Positions 17,161-26,646 are shown, counted from the first letter of the stretch. The stretch: 64,000 nucleotides of DNA from Acidobacteriaceae bacterium (GCA_051001135.1 JBPCNO010000047.1:972-64971), one strand, 5' to 3'. Made by a program: numbers and translations. Notes: generated by a model from the letters alone, not told the origin.

Positions 17161-17927
17161 ATGATCCGCACCTCGAACTTCAGCTTCTCGACCAGCTTGG
17201 TCGCGGCCTCTGCCGGCGAGCCGCCGATCATCTCGGTTTCCTTTTTCTTTCCCGGCATGTACACGCGGTCGAGGGTGATGGCCGCCTTCTTGGGCGAGCC
17301 GATGTCTCCGGCGGAGACGCGGCGCACTTCCTTGGTCTTGGCCTTCTTGATGCCCATCAACGTAGCGTAACGAAGTTTGCTGATGCCAGACTGAATGGTC
17401 AATAGCGCGGGCAGCGGCATCTCGATGTGCTGAAACCAGCCGTCTTCCAGCTCGCGCTTGACCTTGAGGCCCCCGTCGACCACTTCCACCTGCATGATGA
17501 TGGTGGAGTGCGGGATGCCGAGCAGTTCTGCCATCACCACGCCAGTCTGGCCCAGGCCGAGGTCGTCGGATTGCAGGCCGGTGAGGATGAGGTCGGCGTT
17601 TTCCCCGCGCACCGCTTCCGCCAGCCGCTGCGCGATGCCCAGCGTGTCGAGGGTCGCGAGATCGTCGCACTCGATGTGAATGGCGCGGTCCGCGCCCTTG
17701 GCCAGCGCCTCCCGGATGGTCTGTCCGGCGCGTTCCGGGCCGGCACAGAGCACGACCACCTCGCCGCCGTTCTTCTCCTTGAGTTGCAGCGCCTCTTCCA
17801 GTGCGTAGGCGTCCGGTTCATTGATCTCGAAGCTGAGGTCTTCTTCGTCAATCCATTTGCCATTGCCGTCGATGCGCACGGCGCTGTCGCGCGCGGGCAC
17901 CTGCTTGATGGCTACGATGATCTTCAT
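17157..17927 (-). CDS. etfB: Electron transfer flavoprotein beta subunit
   Basis: Real start is ATG 17925-17927 (MKIIVAIKQVPARDS...) inside ORF 17157-18899. 256 aa with typical EtfB layout (DLILTGLQSDDLGLGQTG). The start overlaps the stop of the upstream Fe-S gene. Confidence 0.9.
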   Translation of the reverse strand: MKIIVAIKQVPARDSAVRIDGNGKWIDEEDLSFEINEPDAYALEEALQLKEKNGGEVVVLCAGPERAGQTIREALAKGADRAIHIECDDLATLDTLGIAQRLAEAVRGENADLILTGLQSDDLGLGQTGVVMAELLGIPHSTIIMQVEVVDGGLKVKRELEDGWFQHIEMPLPALLTIQSGISKLRYATLMGIKKAKTKEVRRVSAGDIGSPKKAAITLDRVYMPGKKKETEMIGGSPAEAATKLVEKLKFEVRII

Positions 17928-19915
17928 GATGGGCGTGGCTCCAGTGGTGCGGTTGTCGCCGGCAGACGCTCGCCCAGGGACCGAGCGGCGATCTGCGCGA
18001 TGTCGAGCAGTTGCGGTGGCGCGTCGCTGGTGGCGGCCAGCGCATCGCGAAACATGGTGGCGCAGAAGGGGCAGGCCGCGCCCACGATGCTGGCTCCGGT
18101 AGCGGCCAGTTCTTTCGCGCGGACGTGATTGATGCGCTCGCCCTTCTCCTCGCCGAGAAAGACCAGCCCTCCGCCGGCGCCGCAGCAGAAGCTGCGTTCG
18201 CGGGCGCGGGGTGGATCGATCACGGTTCCGGAGCGCGCCAGCACCTCGCGCGGCTCGTCGTAGACGCCGCGGTAGCGGCCCAGATAGCAGGGATCGTGAT
18301 AGACGATGGACGGCCCGTCTTCGGTCTTCGGCAGCTTGTCCTGATGCATCGCCATGAACTCGCTGTGGTGAAGGATCTCCGGCGCCGGCCCGATCTCCGC
18401 CCAGTCCTTCGAGATGCTGCGCACGCAGTGGGGGCAGATGGAGACGATCTTGGTGACTTTGTTCTGTTTCAGTATTTCGAGGTTCTGCTCGACCAATTGC
18501 TGAAACACGAGATCGTTGCCCAGCCGCCGCACCGGATCGCCGGTGCACTTCTCCTTCTTGAGCACGCCGAAGCTGGTGCCGAGGTACTGCATCACCTGTG
18601 CAAAGGAGGCGATGATCTCGCGTCCCTGCGGATCGTACGCGCCCATGCAACCCAGCCACAGGCAGTATTCCTGCGAGCCGTCGAAGATGGGGAGATTCTG
18701 CTTCTTGACAAACTTGTCGCGTTCCATCGCGCTCATGCCCAGCGCGTTGCCATTCCGTTCGAGCGCCAGGAAGAGCTTGGTGCCGTGCTCGTCCTCCCAC
18801 GTGCCGGTATTGACCGCGCCGCGTCGCATGCCAATGATGATGGGCAGGTGCTCGATGCCCACCGGACACTGGTATTCGCATGCGCCGCAGGTAGTGCATT
18901 GGAAGAGCGCCTCCTGCGATTCATATTTGCCGATGAGCGGCTCCTCCGACTGCGGGCCGAACTCGTTCAGATAGCCGCGCGCGCCCAGGATGATCTGCTT
19001 GGGATTGAGCAGCTTGCCGGTTGTCGAGGCAGGGCAATGCTCGGTGCAGCGGCCGCATTCCACGCAGGAGTAGGCCTGTAGGGAGGCAAGCTGCGTAAGA
19101 TCCTTGCCCGCTACCAGGCCGAAGTCCTCGTCGCCGGCGAGCGGCGGAATGTAGCTGAACCCTCCGCGCGAAAGGAAGATGGTGATGGGGCTGAGCACCA
19201 GGTGCAGGTGCTTGGTGTGCGGGATCAGCGGCAGGAAGACGAGAATGCAGAGTGTGTGCACCCACCACAGAATCTTGGCGCTGGGCGCCGTATCCGGCAC
19301 AAAAAATGCTGCGAGGTACGTGATCATCAGCAGGAAAATGAGACCCGCGATCACGCCCGATTCATAGGAGACCTTGCGGCCCAGCCAGATGGGCCGCACG
19401 AAGAAGCGGCGCACGAAGAGCCCGGCAATCGACACGGCAACCAGCAGCGCGAAGATCGCGGCAAACCAGTAGTAGAAGCCGCCGACCCACCCCGCCGGGT
19501 CGAGAAACGGAAGGTGGAAGCCCGCGGCGAAGTGGTTGAGCGAGACCAGCGCGAAGGCGCAGAATCCCCAGAACACAAAGGCATGCGCCAGGCCGGGCAG
19601 CGGACGTTCCTTGATCACCTTGGCCTGGCACAGCACCTCCCAGAAGAAGTCCCAGACGCGGCGGCCGAGCGGACGCAAGGAGAAATCAGCGTCCTTCTTG
19701 GAGTGGAAGATCCGGCTGAGCACGGGGCCGAAGCGCGCAAAGAACCCAACGATCCCCAGGATGGTGAGCACGCCCAGAAGGACCGTCTCAGCGAAGGTAA
19801 AGGACGGCGGCTCCGCGTACCGCACCGTCAGCATTGCGCTCATCGCCAGATGGACAGCCATTGCGCTCATCGCCAGATGGACAGCCATTCCGCTCACCCA
19901 CACACTCCAGACCAC
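17924..19915 (-). CDS. Membrane-anchored (Fe-S)-binding oxidoreductase, HdrD/GlpC/DsrK-like (EtfD-type partner of EtfAB)
   Basis: The N-terminal ~250 aa carry about 5 TM helices. Two ferredoxin motifs: CVECGRCTEHCP and CTTCGACEYQCP. Two CCG-type Cys-rich regions: CLWLGCMG...CPHC and SFCCGAGGG...GAACPFC. Several candidate Met starts lie between 19834 and 19915. Confidence 0.8.
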   Translation of the reverse strand: MVWSVWVSGMAVHLAMSAMAVHLAMSAMLTVRYAEPPSFTFAETVLLGVLTILGIVGFFARFGPVLSRIFHSKKDADFSLRPLGRRVWDFFWEVLCQAKVIKERPLPGLAHAFVFWGFCAFALVSLNHFAAGFHLPFLDPAGWVGGFYYWFAAIFALLVAVSIAGLFVRRFFVRPIWLGRKVSYESGVIAGLIFLLMITYLAAFFVPDTAPSAKILWWVHTLCILVFLPLIPHTKHLHLVLSPITIFLSRGGFSYIPPLAGDEDFGLVAGKDLTQLASLQAYSCVECGRCTEHCPASTTGKLLNPKQIILGARGYLNEFGPQSEEPLIGKYESQEALFQCTTCGACEYQCPVGIEHLPIIIGMRRGAVNTGTWEDEHGTKLFLALERNGNALGMSAMERDKFVKKQNLPIFDGSQEYCLWLGCMGAYDPQGREIIASFAQVMQYLGTSFGVLKKEKCTGDPVRRLGNDLVFQQLVEQNLEILKQNKVTKIVSICPHCVRSISKDWAEIGPAPEILHHSEFMAMHQDKLPKTEDGPSIVYHDPCYLGRYRGVYDEPREVLARSGTVIDPPRARERSFCCGAGGGLVFLGEEKGERINHVRAKELAATGASIVGAACPFCATMFRDALAATSDAPPQLLDIAQIAARSLGERLPATTAPLEPRPS
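19832..19885. repeat. Perfect 27-bp tandem duplication at the 5' end of the Fe-S oxidoreductase gene
   Basis: CATTGCGCTCATCGCCAGATGGACAGC occurs at 19832-19858 and again at 19859-19885, then partially (CATTCCGCTCA). In frame on the - strand it gives MAVHLAMSA twice. Confidence 0.95.
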
Positions 19916-20070
19916 GCTTCAGAAACGTTCAGACGCAACCTACTACCATGCCCCAGAAGATGGCTTTTTGTCACGGAGAGGGTCTCGCCAGGCTGGTTCT
20001 TCCACTGAATGCGGCGCAGAGCAGATGTGTCCTTGCCGATGGGTAAGATAACAACCGGCGGAAATAGGTG

Positions 20071-20835
20071 TCAAACGGCGCGGACGCCGCCCGCGCGTGA
20101 CGATGGCTGCCGGCGGCTCGAGGTTGCGATCCGGGTGGCAGTCGAGGAACCAGGCGAAGTTTTCTTGCGGGAGACATTCGTCTTTGGACGCGCGGTTTTG
20201 ATCGCGGCGTGATTCTCCAGCCCCTGGGTCAGAATGGCGGCGAAGTCATTGGCGATCGCCTGCGGCTTCAGTTGCCCCTCGGGGGCATACCAGTTGCCGA
20301 TCCAGTTGAGCGCGCCGCTGATGGCGAAGGCCACCAGCTTGGGGTTGCAGGGGCCGATCGACGCGTCTTCAATGCCCTCTTCGACGAAGGAGCGCAGCCT
20401 GTGGTCGATTCTGCGCTTGCGCCCGCGCACTTCGGCACGCGTCTTGGGCGAGAGTTCGCCATCGTCCAGATGGGCCACGCAGCGTCCATAATCCACCGTC
20501 ATCAGCACGGCATACGAGCGGATGAAGGAGCGAACTTTTTCCAGGCCATTCCCGGCCCGGCTGTCGATCTCTTCCAGTCCCGCCTCGATCAGATCCGTGC
20601 CCATGCGGTAACACTCCAGCAGCAGCTCTTCCTTGTTGCGGAAATAGTGATAGAGCGCGGGCTTGGTGATGTTGAGGCAGGCAGCGACATCGTCGAGCGA
20701 GGTGCGGCTGTAGCTGGTCTCCAGAAAAAGCCGCGCGGCCGTGCGCAACACGGTGTCGCGCTTGGTGTCGCGATCGCGGCTCCGTATAGTGAACGCTGGT
20801 TCCGGGAGCGGCGCGGTTGCTGGAGTCCTGGCCAT
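20071..20835 (-). CDS. TetR/AcrR-family transcriptional regulator
   Basis: N-terminal HTH: RDTVLRTAARLFLETSYSRTSLDDVAACLNITKPALYHYFRNKEELL. Sits at the head of the etfD-etfBA-fadD co-directional run. Confidence 0.85.
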   Translation of the reverse strand: MARTPATAPLPEPAFTIRSRDRDTKRDTVLRTAARLFLETSYSRTSLDDVAACLNITKPALYHYFRNKEELLLECYRMGTDLIEAGLEEIDSRAGNGLEKVRSFIRSYAVLMTVDYGRCVAHLDDGELSPKTRAEVRGRKRRIDHRLRSFVEEGIEDASIGPCNPKLVAFAISGALNWIGNWYAPEGQLKPQAIANDFAAILTQGLENHAAIKTARPKTNVSRKKTSPGSSTATRIATSSRRQPSSRAGGVRAV

Positions 20836-20913
20836 GGGTCTGTCAGGGAGGATGGTATCAGCAGCCCGTCAGCCGAGGGCGGGAACGGTTGCGCCGAGAA
20901 ATCGCCCGGGAAC

Positions 20914-20943
20914 GCAAAGAGGCGCCCGAAGACGCCTCTTTGC
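20914..20943 (-). terminator. Strong hairpin downstream of the glycosidase gene (no U-tract)
   Basis: Perfect 11-bp stem GCAAAGAGGCG (20914-24) / CGCCTCTTTGC (20933-43) with loop CCCGAAGA. Confidence 0.4.
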
Positions 20944-20976
20944 CGTGCCGTGCGATAGAACCACTCGGAGCCGTTG

Positions 20977-22806
20977 TTATTTGATGGAGATTGCCTGCAC
21001 CGAGTACGCCGGTACGGGGATATTGGTGGATACGCTGGTGCCGCTCCGCGTCAGTGCGACCGAGGAGGAGCGAATCTGCTGGCCGTTGACGATCTGATAG
21101 AGCGTCCCACCTCCGGAGGTATAGCCGGTGTTGACCGCGCTGACATTCAGACTCGAGTAGGCCTGCCCGGTCGGGTTGATGATCAGGATGGAATCCTGTG
21201 TCGCGTTGAAGAAGGCTGACACCACCAGACCGCCGCCAGCATTGCCGGGAGAGATCGAAGCCGCCATGTGGCCACCATTCGCTAGGCCCAGATACTTCGT
21301 TCCGGCGATGAGCTGATAAGTATAGTACTGCGGGTACGCCTGGGGCACGCTGCCGGCCACATAGAGACAATCCCGTGCCGCATCGATGGTGCCGATCAGA
21401 CAGAAGTAGGGGTGAGCATTCGCGCCGAAGTAGACGATCTTGCCGGGCACGCTATAAGCGCCCGCATAGACGGTATTCAGCAGGTCTGCGACGTAGAGCG
21501 AGTTCCAGACAGGTGAAATTGTCGGGTTGTTCGCGCAGCAGTTCTTATTGAAGCTCCAGTTCAGGTTGTACTCGGTGATATCGATCGGCGTATGGATGCC
21601 GCCGGGCTGTTTACCGGCTGCGAGCATGCTGGATGCGATGAGATAGGTATTGCGCGGATCGACGTAGGCATCCTGCGTCCGCTGGTAGACGGACTGCACG
21701 CCGTAGAAGGTATCCCAGGTCGCGTTGAGTTCCTTGTTGCCGAACAGGTACTGGTGATAGCTGAGGAAATCCACGTAGGGAGCGGTCTTTGGGTTGGTGG
21801 TGAGCGCCTGAATCCAAGTGCGCTGGATGCCGGCCGTAACCGGACCGCCGATGTGGATGGTCTTACCATCCCTGGCCGCCTGTGCCTTCATCAGCGGCGC
21901 GGCCGCGGCGTAGAGGGTCTGGTAATCGGTGAGCTGATTGCCGCCCGGATCGCAGAGGGCGCCGGTGTTGGGCTCGTTCCAGATCTCATACTCGGTCACG
22001 ATGCCGGGAAACTTCTGGTCCATGTGCGCGACATACAATGCCGCAAGCTTCGCCCAGGTGTTGACATTCGAGGGCATGGCGGTTGCGGGGGCCGTCTTGC
22101 AGGTTCCCGACTTCACCAGCCAGGATGGAGTCTGCACCAGTTGGACCATGATGTGCGTGCCGCCGGCGACGCCGATGGTCTGAAAGTTGTGATCGACCTT
22201 CTGCCAGAGCGGCGCGGAGACGGAAGCGGCCGTGGGAAACACGGCGGGCAGCTCGGCATAGAAACGCGCGTAGTTGAATCCGGCCGCTACGACCATATCG
22301 ATATCCGCCTGATCGTGCAGGGAATCGAAGTGCTCGGCGCCAAACATGCCGGCAGGAATTGCATGGAGCGAGTTGGACCGCGAGCCGAAGTCGACGGCGA
22401 CCTTGGAGTAGACCGTCACCCTGGAAGATGAAGTTTGATGCGTGGAGCTGTCCATAGCGGTGACTGTATGGGTCCCCGGAGTGGTGGGTGCGGTATAGAC
22501 GCCGGCGCCGGAAATAGTGCCTTTGGTGCTGCTGCCGCCCGCTTGGCCATCGACCGCGAAGGTGACGGCGTTCTTATCGGGCAGGCTATAAATCTGTCCC
22601 TGGAAGGTCTGGTGAGTTCCTGTCAGGACCGCGGCGGTGCTGGGATAGACGGAGAATGTGGCGGCGGTGGTGTTCGGAGATACGGTGGCCGCGTTTGCGC
22701 CGGGCGCTGCATCGGGAGAAGGGACAGCCTGGGACAGGAGCAAAGAGGGGGCGAGAAACAGACACAGGCCGGCGGCGGCCTGCGCAATACGGGGGAGACG
22801 TGACAT
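20977..22806 (-). CDS. Secreted glycoside hydrolase, clan GH-A TIM-barrel (GH39/GH5-like), with one Big_2-like Ig domain
   Basis: ORF 20977-22869. Start ATG 22806 (MSRLPRIAQAAAGLCLFLAPSLLLSQA, a signal peptide) lies after AGAGGTG. YEIWNEPN is an acid/base-type motif and IDITEYN a nucleophile-type motif. By eye, well over half the residues over ~450 aa match the C-terminus of the 56642-60937 protein. Confidence 0.7.
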   Translation of the reverse strand: MSRLPRIAQAAAGLCLFLAPSLLLSQAVPSPDAAPGANAATVSPNTTAATFSVYPSTAAVLTGTHQTFQGQIYSLPDKNAVTFAVDGQAGGSSTKGTISGAGVYTAPTTPGTHTVTAMDSSTHQTSSSRVTVYSKVAVDFGSRSNSLHAIPAGMFGAEHFDSLHDQADIDMVVAAGFNYARFYAELPAVFPTAASVSAPLWQKVDHNFQTIGVAGGTHIMVQLVQTPSWLVKSGTCKTAPATAMPSNVNTWAKLAALYVAHMDQKFPGIVTEYEIWNEPNTGALCDPGGNQLTDYQTLYAAAAPLMKAQAARDGKTIHIGGPVTAGIQRTWIQALTTNPKTAPYVDFLSYHQYLFGNKELNATWDTFYGVQSVYQRTQDAYVDPRNTYLIASSMLAAGKQPGGIHTPIDITEYNLNWSFNKNCCANNPTISPVWNSLYVADLLNTVYAGAYSVPGKIVYFGANAHPYFCLIGTIDAARDCLYVAGSVPQAYPQYYTYQLIAGTKYLGLANGGHMAASISPGNAGGGLVVSAFFNATQDSILIINPTGQAYSSLNVSAVNTGYTSGGGTLYQIVNGQQIRSSSVALTRSGTSVSTNIPVPAYSVQAISIK

Positions 22807-23086
22807 CAAAGGCACCTCTAATGCGGCAAAAAATTGAACGATGCAAGGCCCGCACATCTGGCGTTCCAAGGTTCCGCCAATGTTATCTCAGCTACAAACA
22901 ATCTGTACTAGAAAGATATTGTCTGGAGGAAAGACAGGTCACCTGGCCGCCGGCTAATGCCGTAGGTTTCCGGATGCCGAGGTGAAACCGAAAGATCACT
23001 CGGGCCGCATCTGGAGGCGTGCGGCGGGAGGCGCGCGAGGAAACCGGCGTCGCCCTGATGGATGGAATAGCGAGTGCTCGCTGCGA

Positions 23087-23854
23087 TCAGCGATGAAACG
23101 GAGACTGTCCGAAGCGGAAGGAGAGTCCGGCCCCCACGCGCGTGGTCCAGCGCCCGTCCTTCAGCAGATCGTTGAAGAGATGGTCGTAGACCTCGTCTGC
23201 CTGCACCCGGACCCCGAAGTGACGGGTGAGGTCGTAGTCAAAGCCGCCGCCGAAGCCGTAAAAGCCCTGCCAGTCAGTCTTGCTGCCGCCTGGCACCAAC
23301 TGTTGCACAACCAGTGTCTGGATCGGGTCCTTCGGGCGCGCGGTCACCTGCTCGCGCACCGCACCGACCGATGGCCGGACGAACAACGCGGCGTGGCGGA
23401 AGCGGTAAATGTTGAACTGCGGTCCGGCGGCGAAGGTCTGGGTCAGCGCGTTAAAGGGCACAACCAGCGCGTAGCCCGGAGGCAACTGTCCGGCTGCGGC
23501 CAATTGTGCCAGCAGGGCGCCCAACTCCTGTGCCAGCGCCGGGGGCACCTGGCCCGGGGTGAGTTTCGACTGGCCAGTCGCAACCGAGTAGTCGAACCCA
23601 AGCGTGAGCCAGGTCTTCGGTGTGACTCCGGCCTGGAATTGGAAGCCATTCTCCGGCAGCTTGATGTTGGTGCTGTAGAGGTACGCATAGCCGGCGACGA
23701 TGTCGTAGAACGGGATGTCCACCTTGGCTGGCGCGTTGGCAGGGGTGAGCGGCTGCTGTGCCCATCCCGACTGGTGGAGCATCGCCGCCCCCAGGCAGAC
23801 TGCGAGCGATGTGGCCATCCGTTGGAATTGTTTAGCCCGAAAACTCATTTCCAT
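23087..23854 (-). CDS. Outer-membrane beta-barrel protein (hypothetical)
   Basis: ORF 23087-23986. ATG 23854 lies after GGGAG. Signal peptide MATSLAVCLGAAMLHQSGWAQ. Alternating aromatic/Gly-rich strands (GFYGFGGGFDYDL, GAGLSFRF near the C-terminus). Confidence 0.5.
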   Translation of the reverse strand: MEMSFRAKQFQRMATSLAVCLGAAMLHQSGWAQQPLTPANAPAKVDIPFYDIVAGYAYLYSTNIKLPENGFQFQAGVTPKTWLTLGFDYSVATGQSKLTPGQVPPALAQELGALLAQLAAAGQLPPGYALVVPFNALTQTFAAGPQFNIYRFRHAALFVRPSVGAVREQVTARPKDPIQTLVVQQLVPGGSKTDWQGFYGFGGGFDYDLTRHFGVRVQADEVYDHLFNDLLKDGRWTTRVGAGLSFRFGQSPFHR

Positions 23855-24147
23855 TCGTCTCCCGTAAAGAAAGCTGCCGGAGAGAGAAAGCCGGCGAGGC
23901 ATGGACACCCGTGTCGGTCGAGCTCTCCCGGAGCGGCGAACCTCGCCCGGAGCGGAAGAGTAGTGAACAGCACATGCGGTTGGCAAGTATTCTCTTACCG
24001 ACGGGTAACTTCGAGGCAGAGCCGCTCAGCCGAAGGTAATACCTGGCGCGATATCCGGATTGTGTTTTGCTTACCGGAGAGTAAGATAAGCCTCGTGAGC
24101 CCGCTGGCCGACCCGGCACAGTAGCATAGCCAACGTGAGTCGCAAAG

Positions 24148-26646
24148 ATGCGGGAGTCAATCGGGATGAGGGTTGAAGAGCGCAACGAACAGGAGGCGTC
24201 CATCCGCGGCGCAAGCAGCGAAGGGAACGCCAGCCGCTATGCGATCCGCAAAGCGGCTGTGCTGGGAGCGGGAACCATGGGCTCGCGCATTGCGGCGCAC
24301 CTGGCAAATGCTGGTATTCCGGTGGTGCTTCTGGACATGCCGGCGCCGGGCGACGCGGACCCATCGCGCCTGAGCCGGGCAGCCGTGCGCGAGTTGTTGA
24401 AGGCCAAGCCGGCCGCGCTGTTCGAAGCGTCCTTCGCCTCGCGCATCCTCCCCGGCAACTTCGACGCGGATCTGGACAAGCTGAGCGATTGCGATTGGGT
24501 GATTGAAGCGGTGGCGGAAAATCTCGCCATCAAGCGGTCGCTGCTGGCGAAGGTTGCGCCCCATCTGAAAGAGAATGCGATCCTGACCACCAACACCAGC
24601 GGGCTTCCCGTCGGCAGCATCGGCGAGGAACTGCCGGAGTCGCTGCGCCGGCGGTGGCTCGGCACGCACTTCTTCAATCCGCCCCGGTATATGCGGCTGG
24701 TCGAAATCATTCCAACGCCTGCATCGGATCCGGAGGCCATCCGCGCAATCGCTGAGTTCATGGAACGGCGTCTGGGCAAGGATGTCGTACGTGCGCGCGA
24801 CACGCCGAACTTCATCGCCAACCGTATCGGCGTGCACCTGATGCTGGAGGTGGCGCGTCTGCTCGAAGAGGAGCAGTTGACGGTGGAAGAGGTGGATGCG
24901 CTCACCGGCACGGCGATCGGCTTCCCCCGGCAGGGCACCTTCCGCCTTGCGGATATGGTGGGCATCGACGTGCTGATGCACGTGGCAAGAAACTTCTCGC
25001 AGACCACATCGGAGCGGGTCGAGATTCCGTCGTTCCTGCACGCGATGGTGGAGCGGCGCTGGCTGGGAGACAAGACGGGCGGCGGCTTCTACAAGAAAGC
25101 CAAAGGCGAGGATGGAAAGGAGGTGCGTCTGGCGCTGGATTGGAAGACGCTGGAGTACCGGCCGGCGGAGCGCGCCAAGCTGCCATCGCTCGAGATGGCG
25201 AAGAATGTCGAGCAGCTTCCGGCGCGGCTGCGGATGCTGCTGGCGAACGATCCCGTCAAGGACAAGACGGCGCGCTTTCAATGGCGTTTGTTGAGCAGCT
25301 TATGGAACTACGCGGCCGACTGCCTGCCCGAGATCGCCGACGATGCGGCCAGCGTCGATCGGGCCATGCGCGCCGGCTTCAACTGGGAGATGGGCCCGTT
25401 CGCGATGTGGGATGCCGCAGGCGTCCGCGCGACGGTGGAGCGGATGCGTGGCGAAGGGCAGCCGGTGAGTGCAGCGGTCGAACGGCTGCTGGCTGCCGGC
25501 GGTGAGAGCTGGTATCGCAAGGACGGCCAGGAGTGCTTCGACCCATCCATCGGAACGTGGAAGCCGGTAGCGCAGCGCGAGGGCGTCGCGCGTATTGCTG
25601 ATTTCCGTGAAGTGCGCGGCACGACGCGGGGCCCGACCCGGGGTGTCGTGCGGGAGAACGCAGGCGCGTCGCTGGTCGATCTCGGCGAGGGCATTGCTTG
25701 CCTCGATCTGCACTCCAAAAAGAGCGCGATCGGCGAAGACATCCTGCGCCTGGTGACCGAGACCCTGCGCCCGGAGAGCGAGGCTACGCGCAATTTCCGG
25801 GGGTTTGTCATCCACAGCGACGCGGAGAACTTCTCCGTCGGCGCCAACCTGGTGCAGCTCTTGTTGAGCGCACAGGAGGGCGAGTGGGATGAGGTGGACT
25901 TCGCCGTTCGCACCTTCCAGGCCATGACCGCCGCGATCAAGTTCTGCCCGCGACCCGTGGTGGTGGCGCCCTACGCTCTATGCCTGGGCGGCGGGACCGA
26001 GATGGTGCTGCACGCGGCTCGGCGTCAGGCGCACGCCGAGTTGTACATGGGCCTGGTGGAGGCGGGCGTGGGCCTGGTGCCGGCGGGTGGGGGCACCAAG
26101 GAGATGGTGCTGCGCGCTACAGACGCCGCAGCGCGTGCATTGGGGTCGACGGATCAGGTAGCCGGCTCGGTCGAGCTATTGGACGCATTGAAGCGCGCCT
26201 TCGAGACCATCGCGACCGCCAAGGTATCGACCTCCGCGGTGGAGGCGCGCCAGCTTGGTTTCCTGGATGGATCGGACGGCATCACCGCGAATCGCGACCG
26301 CTTGCTGAGCGACGCCAAACGCGTGGCCATCAGCCTGGCAGACGGCGGGTATACGCCGCCGCTTGCGCGCACGGAGATCCCGGCTGCTGGAGAAAACGTG
26401 CTGGCGACGCTCAAGATGGGCGCGTACCTGATGCGCGAGGCCGGCTATGCCAGCGAGCACGATCTGAAGGTGGCAAACTATGTGGCGAATATCCTGTGCG
26501 GCGGCCCGGTCGCGCCGGGCACAGGGGTGAGCGAACAGTACCTGCTGGATCTGGAACGGGAGGCATTTCTGTCGCTGTGCGGCGAAGCGAAGACGCTGGA
26601 GCGTATCGCCTTCACGCTCAGTACTGGCAAGCCGCTGCGAAACTAA
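24148..26646 (+). CDS. Bifunctional 3-hydroxyacyl-CoA dehydrogenase / enoyl-CoA hydratase (FadN/FadJ-like)
   Basis: 832 aa. N-terminal Rossmann motif AAVLGAGTMGSRIAAHLANAGIPVVLLD. 3HCDH core NTSGLPV...HFFNPPRYMRLVEI. C-terminal crotonase-like segment VVAPYALCLGGGTEMVLH. Confidence 0.85.
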   Translation: MRESIGMRVEERNEQEASIRGASSEGNASRYAIRKAAVLGAGTMGSRIAAHLANAGIPVVLLDMPAPGDADPSRLSRAAVRELLKAKPAALFEASFASRILPGNFDADLDKLSDCDWVIEAVAENLAIKRSLLAKVAPHLKENAILTTNTSGLPVGSIGEELPESLRRRWLGTHFFNPPRYMRLVEIIPTPASDPEAIRAIAEFMERRLGKDVVRARDTPNFIANRIGVHLMLEVARLLEEEQLTVEEVDALTGTAIGFPRQGTFRLADMVGIDVLMHVARNFSQTTSERVEIPSFLHAMVERRWLGDKTGGGFYKKAKGEDGKEVRLALDWKTLEYRPAERAKLPSLEMAKNVEQLPARLRMLLANDPVKDKTARFQWRLLSSLWNYAADCLPEIADDAASVDRAMRAGFNWEMGPFAMWDAAGVRATVERMRGEGQPVSAAVERLLAAGGESWYRKDGQECFDPSIGTWKPVAQREGVARIADFREVRGTTRGPTRGVVRENAGASLVDLGEGIACLDLHSKKSAIGEDILRLVTETLRPESEATRNFRGFVIHSDAENFSVGANLVQLLLSAQEGEWDEVDFAVRTFQAMTAAIKFCPRPVVVAPYALCLGGGTEMVLHAARRQAHAELYMGLVEAGVGLVPAGGGTKEMVLRATDAAARALGSTDQVAGSVELLDALKRAFETIATAKVSTSAVEARQLGFLDGSDGITANRDRLLSDAKRVAISLADGGYTPPLARTEIPAAGENVLATLKMGAYLMREAGYASEHDLKVANYVANILCGGPVAPGTGVSEQYLLDLEREAFLSLCGEAKTLERIAFTLSTGKPLRN

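Noticed and set aside
16177-18899. Long N-terminal extensions of the etfA (to 17670) and etfB (to 18899) ORFs; likewise HMG-CoA lyase (to 32003), the ABC exporter (to 55044) and the enoyl-CoA hydratase (to 30792)
   Set aside because: The extensions are Arg/His/Pro-rich and overlap the upstream gene's coding sequence. Conserved family N-termini (MKIIVAIKQVP, MSGVLVV, MTSTPKS, MESSQ, MQTFETI) begin at internal ATGs, several with 4-nt stop/start overlaps or Shine-Dalgarno motifs.
23855-24147. Short inverted repeats TTACC-GACG-GGTAA and CTTAC-CGGAGA-GTAAG upstream of fadN as TetR/FadR operators
   Set aside because: The arms are only 5 bp and match no FadR box I know. No matching sites were seen upstream of the etfD or tetR genes. 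This is too weak to call.
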